Assembly (NCBI GenBank): GCA_963708075.1
Contig: OY970194.1
Span: 4,736,001 to 4,800,000, forward strand
DNA length: 64,000 nucleotides
Direction: 5' to 3'
Origin: Sedimentisphaerales bacterium
Lineage (GTDB): Bacteria; Planctomycetota; Phycisphaerae; Sedimentisphaerales; Anaerobacaceae
A program made the translations under genes and the position numbers. Of this stretch, positions 51,245-61,555 are shown piece after piece (the first letter of the stretch is position 1; every line of letters starts with the position of its first letter). The notes beneath the pieces were generated by a model. The model did not search any database. It was not told where the DNA came from and was given only the letters and a program-made list of their open reading frames with translations.

Positions 51245-52095
51245 TGAACCGGCTTGCCGTAAACTTCAACCTCGATGTAGTGATTCAGGTCGTTGCTGGT
51301 GTTGCCGTTGCTGTACAGGCGGACGTACCGGGCCTTCGGGCTGCCCTGCGACAAGAGATCGATGAGCCTGCCCTCAGAGGTCTCGACATAGTGCATGTTC
51401 GTGCCGATGCCCAGGCCGGCGGAGTTGTCGAGGTCATTGTTGAAGACGGTCTTGACGTCCGTGACAAAATCCTTGTCGTTCGCGAGCTGCACGACCACGT
51501 CATTGTATACGCGAGGCTGTTTGTGATAGTGCCAGACAACGATGACGTAGATCTCGCACTGCTTCTCCAGATCGACCGTGACGTGCTGCACGAGCGGGGC
51601 CAGCTCGACATAGCTGCCGTCGGCGGCTTCCTTATCCCCATCGGTGATGTAATCGATGTCGCCAATGATCGGCTCCTCATCGCTGGCCGAGACGGGCTTG
51701 CCTCGGGACAGAAGGACCGTGCCCTCGGGGGCCAGGAACGGCGGACGGGGCTTGCCCAGCGGCTTTTCAAGATTCTCCACCTTGATATCCTGCGGCGTAC
51801 CGACAAACATCGGCTTGGGCAGCTCGATGTTGAGCGGCACCATCTTGGCGCCGGAGGCTGCTGCTGTCGCGGCAGGCGCGGGGGCCGGCGCGACAGGCTT
51901 CGGGGCCTCTTTCGGCTGCTCCGGTGTCGCCGCAACCGGCTGGATGGCAGGCACTGCCTCTTTCTGGGGTGCAGGGGGTGTCGGCTGCTTGGTCGTCGGG
52001 GGAGTCTCTGATTTCTTGCACGAAGCGCTCATACAAAGCGCCGCCGCCAAAGCCGCCAGGAGAACGATTCTTGTCATCTGCCAGTTCTTTCTCAT
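51241..52095 (-). CDS. Lipoprotein with Pro/Ala linker and discoidin/F5-8C-like domain
   Basis: SASC lipobox; GKPVSAS..ITDGD..VTVDLEK..ARYVRLY..EVEVYG. Confidence 0.82.
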   Translation of the reverse strand: MRKNWQMTRIVLLAALAAALCMSASCKKSETPPTTKQPTPPAPQKEAVPAIQPVAATPEQPKEAPKPVAPAPAPAATAAASGAKMVPLNIELPKPMFVGTPQDIKVENLEKPLGKPRPPFLAPEGTVLLSRGKPVSASDEEPIIGDIDYITDGDKEAADGSYVELAPLVQHVTVDLEKQCEIYVIVVWHYHKQPRVYNDVVVQLANDKDFVTDVKTVFNNDLDNSAGLGIGTNMHYVETSEGRLIDLLSQGSPKARYVRLYSNGNTSNDLNHYIEVEVYGKPVQ

Positions 52096-52193
52096 CGTCG
52101 TCAACCTTTTCAACGTGAACCTAATATATCCCAGTGTACCGCGACGGTTTCAGCCCTCGAAACCGCTGCCGGTCCCGGCCGGCCAAAGCGGGT

Positions 52194-52222
52194 ATGCTAC
52201 CGGCGCCCGGTCCCATTGTCAA
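52194..52222 (-). promoter_or_regulatory. sigma70 promoter
   Basis: Minus strand TTGACA-17-TAGCAT. Confidence 0.6.
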
Positions 52223-52280
52223 GTTGCGCCACCGGACATTTCGTTACAGTATCTGTGCAGGTTTTTTGGGGTACCGTACC

Positions 52281-52373
52281 GGGTGGCAGCGGCAAGCGCC
52301 GGCTTGCCAATGGCTCCTTAGCTGCCTGACACCATCGGCAAGCTCCGAAGGCTCCGCTTGCCGCTGGCCACCC
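52281..52373. repeat. REP-like palindrome
   Basis: GGGTGGCAGCGGCAAGCG...CGCTTGCCGCTGGCCACCC; related to the 42717 copy. Confidence 0.8.
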
Positions 52374-52395
52374 ACGAACCATGTCTGTTCCGGCG

Positions 52396-52435
52396 AAAAA
52401 GAAAAGCAGGGACCCGGCATTTGCCAGGTCCCTGT
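52396..52435 (-). terminator. Rho-independent terminator
   Basis: Minus strand CAGGGACCTGGCA-AA-TGCCGGGTCCCTG followed by CTTTTCTTTTT. Confidence 0.75.
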
Positions 52436-52578
52436 CTATCCATCATGACTTTCAGAGTGCTTGGGTGCTTCGCACCCGCGTACCACCAGGCTGGCGGCGT
52501 CGGCGACTTCTCGCCACCAAGGACATGGTCGGCGGATTCGGCGTCCGGGGCTGCAGGTCCCGGACCCGGCTCACCCAC

Positions 52579-53967
52579 TCACTTGGGCGAGACACCCGGC
52601 ATTGCCACCGCCCGCGGCTGCAGCCCGGCCTTGGCCAGGATGAAGTACAGCACTGCACCAACGATGAACGCCACCAGAGGCGCTGCCGGAACATTCGCGA
52701 TCCCGACGAGTGGCGCTATACCCACGATAAATCCGACGGCCCAGGAGATCCACCCCGCCAGGTTCCAGCCGAGACGCGGGCCCGCCCAAGTCTTTCCGGA
52801 CAGGAAGTAGTCCACGAGCATCGCACCGCAGACCGGTCCAAAGGAAGCGCCGATAACCGTAAATACAGCGCCCGCCCTGCCCGCCCAGCCAGTCACGGCC
52901 AGGATGATACTGACCGCCGCGCCAACCCCTACGGAGATGAACGGATTGACCTTCGGCAACACGGTCTTGAAGCTGTTGGCTGCAATAAATGAGGAGAAGC
53001 AGGCAGACGGGAAAGCGGAAATCGCCAACAGCAATCCCATGATCTTGCCTGCACCCTCGGAGCCCATGATGCGGCCCATGAAACTGGGGGATGCGGTATT
53101 CAGGTCGGCTTGGCCGGTAAGCCCGAAGGCCCCTGCGGCGATCAGCAGAGAGGCCCCGCCCGCAACGATAATCGCCACCGCGATACCGACGATGCCACCC
53201 ATCTGAACGTCTTTTTCGTCCCGGCTGCTCATCCCGAAATCAACCCCGGCGGCACCCGCTGTCGCGAAGAATCCGACAACGAACGCTATCGAAAGCGCGA
53301 TTACGCCAAAGACGCTCAGGCCCGCCGCTGCACCTGCGACGGGGACTGCACCACTGGCGGCCACCAGCTTTGCAGGGTCGAAGTCGCCAAGGCCTCCAAG
53401 GGTCTTTACCAGCAGGACGAGGAGGATAATCACTGGGATCAAGGGAAGGTAGGTTGCCACCTTTGCCACATACTGAATTCCCTTCAGCCCGACGAACGCC
53501 GCGAGTGCGGCCCATAGGACCGCGATAATCTTCACGGCTACGACGTTGTTGCCTACCAGAGGCGCAAGCGCCTGCGAGGAGAAGTATGCGTTGACACCGA
53601 GCCAGCCAAATTGCAGGGCGCCCATGAGGAACCCGGGCATCAGGAACCCGCCCTGCGTGCCGTACTGGGCGCTGCCAACGACATACAGGGGCAGGCCCGT
53701 CTTCATCCCGAACATGCCCGGCACATAGTAGAACAGGACGTGGCACAGCAGTGCTGCGATGACCAGCCCCAGAAGGGCAACCCCCACGCCCTGTGACAAC
53801 GTGCCGCCGGCAATCCCCGTTCCGCCGCTCGGTGCCTGGCTCCAGAAGACGAACCACAGGAAAATGCCCGCGTATGTGGGGGCCGTGTTTTTGTACCACG
53901 GCGCCCGGTTGGCCGGCGGGTTCGGCTTGGCCATGCTCAAATAATTTGGCAACGTTCCGTTACTCAT
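52579..53967 (-). CDS. Cytosine/purine permease-like (NCS1) transporter
   Basis: About 12 TM helices; WYKNTAPTYAGIFLW, GMKTGLP, QFGW.GVN; AAGGAG RBS. Confidence 0.8.
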   Translation of the reverse strand: MSNGTLPNYLSMAKPNPPANRAPWYKNTAPTYAGIFLWFVFWSQAPSGGTGIAGGTLSQGVGVALLGLVIAALLCHVLFYYVPGMFGMKTGLPLYVVGSAQYGTQGGFLMPGFLMGALQFGWLGVNAYFSSQALAPLVGNNVVAVKIIAVLWAALAAFVGLKGIQYVAKVATYLPLIPVIILLVLLVKTLGGLGDFDPAKLVAASGAVPVAGAAAGLSVFGVIALSIAFVVGFFATAGAAGVDFGMSSRDEKDVQMGGIVGIAVAIIVAGGASLLIAAGAFGLTGQADLNTASPSFMGRIMGSEGAGKIMGLLLAISAFPSACFSSFIAANSFKTVLPKVNPFISVGVGAAVSIILAVTGWAGRAGAVFTVIGASFGPVCGAMLVDYFLSGKTWAGPRLGWNLAGWISWAVGFIVGIAPLVGIANVPAAPLVAFIVGAVLYFILAKAGLQPRAVAMPGVSPK

Positions 53968-54235
53968 GATCGGCTCTCCTTAAATCGTTTCTACCCATGC
54001 CCGCGTGCGGCGGGTGACTTATCGGATCGGCAGACCGCCGGTCTCAGCGAAGGGAAGAACTGGTGTGCAGATCATGACTACGGAGATGGTACGATGCATG
54101 CCTTTCTCCCCGTCACGTTGGCCGGCCGTGCCGATCCTCGGCACAGGCGCCGTTGCACCCATATGGCCGATGCTCCGGCCCCGGGCCCGCGATCCGGACC
54201 CGGCTTCTACCCACAACAGTAAGGCGGATGGTCGC

Positions 54236-54895
54236 CTAGATCGCGTTGGCCATCCGCAGTCGCACTGCCAAGTATGTATGGATGATCGCTACGATAACGA
54301 ACACCATGCCGACCCATCGGTGCAGGGACAGCGTGGTGCGTTGCCAATCCGTTCCGAGGATATGAAACATGCTGATGACGATGGACACAACCAGCGGCAG
54401 CGTCAGGAACAGCAGGGCCCAAAAAGCCGCTTTGTAGAGCATCAGAGAGCATCGCCACGGCCTGTCGTCCGCAGCGACCTGTAGCCGGGTCACTCGACGC
54501 AGCAGCCGCGACATCCACGGACAATCCTCCGCCGCGAAGCGGTTAGCGCCCGCCCAGGTGATCGCCAGGATCGCCATGCACAGGGCGAAGACCGGTGCGA
54601 ACGTGGCGTGGATCATCATCCCGAAGCCCGAGATGTGCTCGCCTTTGACCAGGACCGGGTAGAACCCTGTGATCGCCAGAACCAGGAAGCAGACTGCCGC
54701 CACGAGGTAACAGAGCTTCTTGAGAGCCCCCAGGAGGCTTGACCTTTGCTCGATGAGCAGCAGACTCAGCGTGTGCACCCCACCCTGGACCACATTGCGC
54801 GAACCACCGGCCGGGGTGGCGACCCAGTGCACCGCGATACCGACAAATGTCGCCAGGAACGCAAAAATCGAGACAGTCTCAAACATCCGGATCAC
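54236..54895 (-). CDS. Cytochrome b-type membrane protein (FdnI/HydC-like)
   Basis: About 5 TM helices with His residues in TM segments (MIHAT, SLHRW, IIHTY) and an LAITG motif; downstream of the multihaem cytochrome. Confidence 0.7.
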   Translation of the reverse strand: MIRMFETVSIFAFLATFVGIAVHWVATPAGGSRNVVQGGVHTLSLLLIEQRSSLLGALKKLCYLVAAVCFLVLAITGFYPVLVKGEHISGFGMMIHATFAPVFALCMAILAITWAGANRFAAEDCPWMSRLLRRVTRLQVAADDRPWRCSLMLYKAAFWALLFLTLPLVVSIVISMFHILGTDWQRTTLSLHRWVGMVFVIVAIIHTYLAVRLRMANAI

Positions 54896-54896
54896 C

Positions 54897-54981
54897 TAAT
54901 CATTGATGACGGATAATTGATTATTGATGATTTGTGGCTGCCAACCCTCAATCATCAATCATCCATCATCCATTATCAATT
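54897..54981. repeat. Inverted heptamer-repeat hairpin
   Basis: TGATGAC/GGATAAT/TGATTAT ... ATCATCA/ATCATCC/ATTATCA. Confidence 0.75.
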
Positions 54982-56895
54982 ACTCTGCTTTTGTTCAGCC
55001 AGTACTCTTGCGACGGCGCCGAGGGCCTTGAGGGCGTACAGCAACAGGACAATGCCTATGACCGCGACGGAGCCAATCGCCACGACCTTGAACCACGGCC
55101 GGAAAACGAACGACCAGGCGAACGCCCACGTGCGGCTGTGAGGCGCCCCCTGGAACTGATACTGCTTCATTCCGCTGCCGATGAGGGTGGCAACCGGCGA
55201 ATCCGCCGCCACGTTTCCAAAGAAGAACGCGGAGTTCGTCGAGTGGCAGACGGTGCATTTGCCGACGCCAAGAGACTGTGCGGCGGGACGCACATTGTGC
55301 GCGATCGGCCACATGTAAGGAGCGGCCGCAACATGCTTTTGCGGCGGCAGGAGCTTGCCGTCATCGCCGAGGCGGTACAGAACGCCGCCGGTGACGTACA
55401 CGGGCTTCTGCTCGGCCGAGCCGCCCAGCGCCGTAAGGGCCTGAGCGATTTGCTCTTCCTTCAACGGAGCCCAGTCGCCCGTGCGTGGGACTGTGACACC
55501 CTTCAATGCCGCGCCGACGTCTTTCGTCACAGTCGCCAGATCGACCGGCTGAACCTTATCGTCCTTACCCAACATGCCCCAGTAGGCAGGCCAGATCAGC
55601 TTATTCGGCGTGATCTTGCTGACCTTGCCGGTCGCCTTCGCAAAGACCGGGTACTGAATATGCGGCAAGGCATTGGGTACCTTATTGGAGCCGTGCGTGC
55701 CCAACGCATGGGCCTGCGAAGTCTTGCATCGATCGGCCTCGCTCTCGGGCCAGGGCCCGGAGTGGCACGCCGTGCAGCTTAACCTCTCGAAGTGGACGGC
55801 GGGAATGCCCTTATGCTCGGGAACAGGCGCCCCGAGCCGTCCGCCTTCCGGCCGGCCGCTCTCGTCACCCAGATGGCACCCTCGGCAAGTGCTCCGGGCA
55901 GCCATAACATTGGCATTGTTCTCGCCCTCGTAGCCGCGAATCGTGTTGTGTTCCAGGCCCTCCCGGTGGCAATCCACGCAGGTCATCCCGGAAGTCATGT
56001 GCACGTCCTCGTCCGCCTGCCATTTCTGCGTTCCGTGCTTGTCCACGTTGATATCGGAATGGCAGAAATAGCACCGCTCCGCGGAGATGCGGTTGCTGAC
56101 ATCGAAGAACACGTTGTCCTTGTGATCGAACGTGTTCGCACGGTAAGTTACGGTCGGGACCTGCGGGAGCAGTTCAGGACTCGTCACCGTATCCGGCATC
56201 CGGTAGTCGAACGTCTCATCCATCTTCTCGGCCGAGCCGGTCACCGCCGCGAATCCGGCCGACGCCGTGGCCGCCCAGCGGAAGTTCTGCTTCTCGACAT
56301 TGGCAGCGTATTCCGCCTGGTCGTGGGCAGCGTCCGCATCATGGCAGCTCAGGCAGTTGATCTCCACCTTGCCCGAGACCATCTGCCGGGTGATCTCGGC
56401 ATCGTTGGTCGTATCCATCTCACCGGGTCCGCCGCCCGGCATCTGCCGGCCGAACAGATCGGTGAACTGGAATGGGCTTATCCCCACCTGATCGGGTCTG
56501 AACGTCCCGGGCCAAGCACGATAGGAAAGCGGGATCTGGGTCCCCGTGGCGGCATCGACGTGGATCCAGGGCTGTCCCGGGCGGCCCGCCGGAACATTCG
56601 GCTCGCCCGCGTTGAAATGCCAGCCTTTTCGGATCACGTCATACGTATGCTCATACACGTGGCACTCGCTGCATGTGCCTCGCATCGAGAAGGGCAGAGC
56701 CGGACTCGTTTCCGCGGTGATCTTCTCCCGCTTCTCTCCGGCTTCCGCCTCCGTATAGAGCGGAATCCTGTGAATCGCGAGGGCGCGCGTTCCGTCGCCC
56801 CGGTTCAGGACGACTGTCTCCGCTGACGTTGCCGCCGCCGTCGGCCGAATGAACACCGACAGCAGGCACAAACCTGCAAAGATCGCCTTTCTCAA
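54976..56895 (-). CDS. Multihaem cytochrome c (7 CxxCH) with signal peptide and C-terminal TM anchor
   Basis: CSECH, CLSCH, CYFCH, CVDCH, CRGCH, CTACH, CTVCH. TTG start inferred from the GAAGGA RBS. Confidence 0.88.
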   Translation of the reverse strand: MRKAIFAGLCLLSVFIRPTAAATSAETVVLNRGDGTRALAIHRIPLYTEAEAGEKREKITAETSPALPFSMRGTCSECHVYEHTYDVIRKGWHFNAGEPNVPAGRPGQPWIHVDAATGTQIPLSYRAWPGTFRPDQVGISPFQFTDLFGRQMPGGGPGEMDTTNDAEITRQMVSGKVEINCLSCHDADAAHDQAEYAANVEKQNFRWAATASAGFAAVTGSAEKMDETFDYRMPDTVTSPELLPQVPTVTYRANTFDHKDNVFFDVSNRISAERCYFCHSDINVDKHGTQKWQADEDVHMTSGMTCVDCHREGLEHNTIRGYEGENNANVMAARSTCRGCHLGDESGRPEGGRLGAPVPEHKGIPAVHFERLSCTACHSGPWPESEADRCKTSQAHALGTHGSNKVPNALPHIQYPVFAKATGKVSKITPNKLIWPAYWGMLGKDDKVQPVDLATVTKDVGAALKGVTVPRTGDWAPLKEEQIAQALTALGGSAEQKPVYVTGGVLYRLGDDGKLLPPQKHVAAAPYMWPIAHNVRPAAQSLGVGKCTVCHSTNSAFFFGNVAADSPVATLIGSGMKQYQFQGAPHSRTWAFAWSFVFRPWFKVVAIGSVAVIGIVLLLYALKALGAVARVLAEQKQSN

Positions 56896-56930
56896 GGTAC
56901 CTGTATCCTTCAAATGTACCGACAATCGGT

Positions 56931-57093
56931 TGGTGTGCGGTGCACACCCTACATGACGCCTTATGCCGCAACATCCCACTATATGTCATTCCTGCAAAGA
57001 TGCCGGGTGGCATCGTCAAGCGCAGCTTGGCGATGGTCTTCCACGCTCACGAAAGAGCCATCGCCAAGACCTTCGGTCTTGACGCTGCCACCC
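56931..57093. repeat. REP-like elements (GTAG-type half plus 89-bp GGGTGGCA unit)
   Basis: GGTGTGCGGTGCACACCCTAC at 56932-56952; palindrome at 57005-57093. Confidence 0.8.
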
Positions 57094-57151
57094 GGAGCAT
57101 AATCTCGTGCCTCAGAGGCCATCTGCGAAACACCCCTAGTGAGACAGGCTC

Positions 57152-58507
57152 TTAGACTTTGAACTCGTCCGGCTTGAATTCGAGCCTTTTGGCGGCTTCG
57201 ACGGCCTCATTGACCTTCAGGACCATGACGGCCGTCTCGTACCCGACTTCGGCCGGGCAGTTCAGCTTCGCCTTGCCGCGCATCGCATCGAAGAAGTTCT
57301 CCAAGTGCGGCTGATGATACGGCTTGTTGTCCATCGTGACGGGGATCTCGTAGGCCGCAGGCGCCAGCGTCTCACGCACATCGAGGGCGGCGTCGCCTTC
57401 CTTCTTCGGAGCTTCCTTCGCCTTCGGATCGTTCAGGAAGCCGAGCTTGACCCACTTGTCCCATTCCACCTGGGCGCTTGCCTCGCGGTAGACCGCTCCA
57501 CGGCTGGCCGATTCGGAGATGGACAGCGTCCCCTGGTCGCCCATGAAGACTTCATAGTAGCCCTGGTTGCTGTTGGTCGTGAGCACCTGATAGAAGCCCC
57601 GGACCAAGCCTTCCTTCGTCTCGAAGTCATAGATAGCCATGACTGTGTCGTACCACTCATGGGTTTTCTTGTCGTAGTAATCGGTACCGCCACTGGCGAT
57701 GACGCCCTTGGGGGTGGTGCCGAGGAACCAGCTATAAATGTCGATCTGGTGCGAGCCGAGGTCCACAATGGGCCCGCCGCCGAGTTTCTTGTACCATCGC
57801 CAGTTGCGGAACTGCTCCATATTGGTGAAGCCGTACTTGCCGAGGGTGGCGTCGTCGATGACCGCGGTCTTGGGCCAGCCGAGAGGCTCCTGGGCCCCAC
57901 GGTTCCACTGGCCGTTGATTGTCGTGATCCGGCCGAGAATCTTGGCTTCCTTGATCAATTTATCGTAGCAGTGGAGGTAGCGAGGGTTGCTGCGGCGCTG
58001 ATGGCCGATCTGCAGGAGCTTGCCCGTCTTCTTCTGGGCTTCGACCATCTGCCTGGCCTTGGCCAGATCGTTGGACATCTCCTTCTCGCAGTAGACGTCA
58101 AGGCCGGCCTCCATGCAGGCGATGGCGTGCTCGGCATGCCAGAAATCGGGCGTCGCGATGATCACCGCGTCGATCTTGCCCTTCTCCTTATCGAGCATCT
58201 CCTTGTAATCGGTGTAGGCGTTGCACTCGTACTTATAGGCCTTCAACAGCCTGGCCATGTTCCTCTGATTCCACGCCTCCCAGATATCGCAGACGGCCTT
58301 GAACTGGACGCCCGGGATCTTCCGGCAGGCCTGCATCAGGATCTGCCCCTCGGCGCCGGCGCCCAGCAGGGCGACATTGATATCCTTTGCTCCGCCGGAG
58401 GCTGCGGCAAACATCCTCGGTGAAAAGGCCAGACCCGCACCGACCGCCGCGGTCGTGCGCAGGAAGTTGCGTCTGTTCATCCCTTGCTGTACTTTCTGCT
58501 CGCTCAT
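57152..58507 (-). CDS. Tat-exported Gfo/Idh/MocA oxidoreductase
   Basis: NRRNFL Tat motif; ATPDFWH, YCEK, GHQRRS, WRWY, DLGSHQID. Confidence 0.92.
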   Translation of the reverse strand: MSEQKVQQGMNRRNFLRTTAAVGAGLAFSPRMFAAASGGAKDINVALLGAGAEGQILMQACRKIPGVQFKAVCDIWEAWNQRNMARLLKAYKYECNAYTDYKEMLDKEKGKIDAVIIATPDFWHAEHAIACMEAGLDVYCEKEMSNDLAKARQMVEAQKKTGKLLQIGHQRRSNPRYLHCYDKLIKEAKILGRITTINGQWNRGAQEPLGWPKTAVIDDATLGKYGFTNMEQFRNWRWYKKLGGGPIVDLGSHQIDIYSWFLGTTPKGVIASGGTDYYDKKTHEWYDTVMAIYDFETKEGLVRGFYQVLTTNSNQGYYEVFMGDQGTLSISESASRGAVYREASAQVEWDKWVKLGFLNDPKAKEAPKKEGDAALDVRETLAPAAYEIPVTMDNKPYHQPHLENFFDAMRGKAKLNCPAEVGYETAVMVLKVNEAVEAAKRLEFKPDEFKV

Positions 58508-58574
58508 CGTATTTCTACCTGTTCCCAAAATTGAACTTTACAGTTCACAACCCGTACTTCGAGTTTAGCCGGTC

Positions 58575-58603
58575 ATTATCCCGACGACCCGGATGGCTGT
58601 CAA
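58575..58603 (-). promoter_or_regulatory. Internal sigma70 promoter upstream of the Gfo-cytochrome c-cytochrome b unit
   Basis: Minus strand TTGACA-17-GATAAT. Confidence 0.6.
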
Positions 58604-58679
58604 GGACAGTCGCCCCGTTTTTTCGTGTCGTCCGATAATGCCGGCACGCCAATACTTCACGCTGCGCAGCGCGAGACAC

Positions 58680-60068
58680 TCATTTCACCAATGGTGTTAC
58701 AACGATGTTACGATAGGCCACGGGCCCGTGGTTGCCCTGGAACATCAGCGGCCCCTCGGGCGCCTCTTTGCCCGTCACCCCGCCGGGGGTCTTGTCGGGC
58801 ATCACCAGGTTCTTGTGCAGGACCTGGCCATTGAGCTCGACCTTCACGAACTCGGCATTCTTGACCTTCTTGCCACCGGCGTCGAACTTCGGGGCACGCC
58901 ATTCGATCACGTACTGCTGCCACTCGCCGGGCTTCTTGGAGGCGTTGACAGCGGGTGCAAAACCGCCATAGATGGCGCCCATGTCCCCACTGCCCATCTT
59001 CTCGCGGCCATAGCTGTCGAGCACCTGGACCTCGTACTCGCCCATCACGTAGATGCCCGAATTCGAGCCCTGCGGCACCGTCACTTCCAGCTCGATCCGG
59101 CAATCACCGAACTTCGCCTTGGAGTAGATGTCCTGGCTGGCGCCGTGCTCGGGGCTCACATTGATCATCTCGCCGGTCCCCTGAGCGGCTTCCAACTGTT
59201 TCGGATCGCTCGCGGAGATTTTGGCCTTGCCAACCTTCCACAGATTCGCCTTGCCGGAGCCGGCGTTGGCGGTCCACTCGTCGAGGTTCTGGCCGTTGAA
59301 GGCAAGGACTGCGTCGCCATAGCCCGGCGGCGTCTTCTTGACCAGTATATCCTTGAACTCCACAAGCATCGGCGGTCCGGCATGGATCTGCAAAGCCAGC
59401 AGGCCCTTGCGGGAAGCCCCCTTGCGGTCCTTCGGATCATCCGGGCTGGTCAAGCGGTCGTTGTCGATCAGCTCGATGGTCTTGTAACCATTGAGATATT
59501 GAATGATGTGGTTGCCCTGAGCGATGATGAGGTACTCGTTCCAGTCCTTGTCCTTGTAGTAGCCGGCATCGATGAGCGCCTGGCGGTCGTTGACGTTACC
59601 GGCCACCTTCTTGTTGCCCTGGCCATCGATGATGACGAACTCGCCGACGTTGGCCAGATACGCCCGCCCGGCCTCGTGATAGAGGAACCCGACCTTGCCC
59701 GGGGTGCCTTCCACCTCGGCCTGGTAGCCGGTGATCCGCCACTTATCGAATTCCTTGCTGCGGTACTGAATGCCCGAGTTGCCGTTGCGGATGCGGAACT
59801 TGATTTTCAGCTCGAAGTCGCCCATCTCGCCGCCGCGATAGACCAGGAAGGTATTACCCTTCGTGGGGTTTTCCGGGGTCGTCTCGCCGCGGATGACGCC
59901 GTCTTTGGCCGACCAGAGGCGTGTGTCGCCCTCCCAGCCGGTGAGGTCCTTGCCGTTGAACAGCGGGACCCACCCATCGGACGCGTTTGCATTACCCGCC
60001 AGTGCCTCCTGCTGAACGCCGGCCACAAGCACCACAAACAAGCTCAGAACTACTATCTTCTTCATCAC
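58680..60068 (-). CDS. Tandem DUF1080 (3-keto-glycoside hydrolase/hydratase family) secreted protein
   Basis: LFNGKDLTGW, NSGI (twice), LQIH, FQGNHGPVAYRNI. Confidence 0.9.
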   Translation of the reverse strand: MMKKIVVLSLFVVLVAGVQQEALAGNANASDGWVPLFNGKDLTGWEGDTRLWSAKDGVIRGETTPENPTKGNTFLVYRGGEMGDFELKIKFRIRNGNSGIQYRSKEFDKWRITGYQAEVEGTPGKVGFLYHEAGRAYLANVGEFVIIDGQGNKKVAGNVNDRQALIDAGYYKDKDWNEYLIIAQGNHIIQYLNGYKTIELIDNDRLTSPDDPKDRKGASRKGLLALQIHAGPPMLVEFKDILVKKTPPGYGDAVLAFNGQNLDEWTANAGSGKANLWKVGKAKISASDPKQLEAAQGTGEMINVSPEHGASQDIYSKAKFGDCRIELEVTVPQGSNSGIYVMGEYEVQVLDSYGREKMGSGDMGAIYGGFAPAVNASKKPGEWQQYVIEWRAPKFDAGGKKVKNAEFVKVELNGQVLHKNLVMPDKTPGGVTGKEAPEGPLMFQGNHGPVAYRNIVVTPLVK

Positions 60069-60076
60069 AGTCCACC

Positions 60077-61498
60077 TTAATCATAAGACTTGATCTTGAG
60101 GTTCTTGAACCAGACGGGGTTGCCGTGGTACTGGAAGCCCAGGTGTCCCTCACGGGGCATGTCCTTGTACGCTGTCGTGAACTTGTTCTTGGTGCCATCG
60201 GGGTTCTTGCGGGCCTCAGGCCACTGGTTCAGGTCCATGTCGATGATGTCTGCGCCGTTGAGATTCACATAGATCTTGTTGTCCAGGCAGGTGATGACGT
60301 AGTGGTTCCATTCACCCGGCTTCTTCTGGGCAGCCTTTGACGGGGAAAGGCAGTCGTAGATCGCGCCACACTGACCCTTCGGCGTCCCGTCGGTGGTCTC
60401 ATGAATCTGCACTTCGATAGCCGTGTTGATCCAGTTATCAATACTGCCGGTGCGGATAAAGACACCGCTATTGCCCTTCTCAGGAATTTTGTAATCGAGC
60501 TCGAGCGTGAAGTTGCCGTAGCGCTCCTTGGTCCAGATGTCGCCATGGCCGGCCGATCCGGGCGTCAAGACACCGTCGGCATCGAAGGCCCAGCCATGGG
60601 GCGGCATGACGGCATTGGACAGGTCCTTCTGGAACACGTCCCTGGCCTGGACGCCGCTCAGCTCGGCCGCGGTCTTCTTGAACCACTCGACGCACTTGGC
60701 GATCTCCGGCACGCTGTTGTCCCAGTTGTACTCGTACTCGATGGAGAAGGTCCCCTCGAAACCCATTCTGGCCAGTTCCGTGAGGATCTCTCTGGGCTTG
60801 CTGACGCCGGTGCCCCAGGGGACATCGTGTGCATCGCCGCCGAACTTGTTGAGGTCCTTGAAGTGGAAGCTGCGAATCTTGCCGGCCTTGCCCAGCATCT
60901 GGACGGCCTTCAGCGGGTCCAGGTTCGAGCGGGTCCAGTGCCCGGTATCAGCGCAGGCCCCGATCCATTTGCTCCGGCCCTGGCAGACCTTCATCACCGT
61001 ATTGGGGTCCCAGTAATGGGAGGGCTTCGGGTGATTGTGAATCGCCACGCCGACCTTGTACTCGTTGCAAAGCTTGTCGATCATCTCGAAGGCATCCTCC
61101 GGCGGCTCCGAGACGATGTTCTCAAGGCCCATGTCCTTCGCAAAATCGAACACCTTGCGGCACTCGGCCTCGTTATTGGGCAGAGACACCACGCCGTAGT
61201 TGACCAGCGTGAGCCCTTCCTTCTTGAGAAGCTGCTTGAGTTCCTGCCTCTGCTCGGCGGTCATGTTGTGATCGACCTTGACATCTGGCTTTTCAGCACT
61301 GAAACGCTGGCCCGGATAGGCCTCGATGTACTTCAGGCCCACCGATTTCGTCTTGGCCACCGCCTCGACAAACGTGAACCGATTGAAGCTGTACGCCTGC
61401 GTCCCCAGACGCCACTTTTCCTTCGTCGCCGCGCCGGCAATACCGACGCAGGCTCCAACAACCAACAGAACCGTGCCTACCTTCATCCACTTGCTCAT
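60077..61498 (-). CDS. Secreted TIM-barrel sugar isomerase/eliminase (AP_endonuc_2) fused to DUF1080
   Basis: QAYSF, AIHNH, CADTGHW, HFKD, SIEYE, then GNSGVF, GEWN, GFQYHG..VWFKNLKI. Confidence 0.88.
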   Translation of the reverse strand: MSKWMKVGTVLLVVGACVGIAGAATKEKWRLGTQAYSFNRFTFVEAVAKTKSVGLKYIEAYPGQRFSAEKPDVKVDHNMTAEQRQELKQLLKKEGLTLVNYGVVSLPNNEAECRKVFDFAKDMGLENIVSEPPEDAFEMIDKLCNEYKVGVAIHNHPKPSHYWDPNTVMKVCQGRSKWIGACADTGHWTRSNLDPLKAVQMLGKAGKIRSFHFKDLNKFGGDAHDVPWGTGVSKPREILTELARMGFEGTFSIEYEYNWDNSVPEIAKCVEWFKKTAAELSGVQARDVFQKDLSNAVMPPHGWAFDADGVLTPGSAGHGDIWTKERYGNFTLELDYKIPEKGNSGVFIRTGSIDNWINTAIEVQIHETTDGTPKGQCGAIYDCLSPSKAAQKKPGEWNHYVITCLDNKIYVNLNGADIIDMDLNQWPEARKNPDGTKNKFTTAYKDMPREGHLGFQYHGNPVWFKNLKIKSYD

Positions 61499-61521
61499 TT
61501 CATGTTCTCCAGTTCCACCCA

Positions 61522-61553
61522 CAATCGAAAATCATAAATCATAAATCGTAAAT
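61522..61553. repeat. Heptamer tandem (AATCRTA type)
   Basis: AATCGAA AATCATA AATCATA AATCGTA; similar array at 42104-42135. Confidence 0.7.
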
Positions 61554-61555
61554 CC

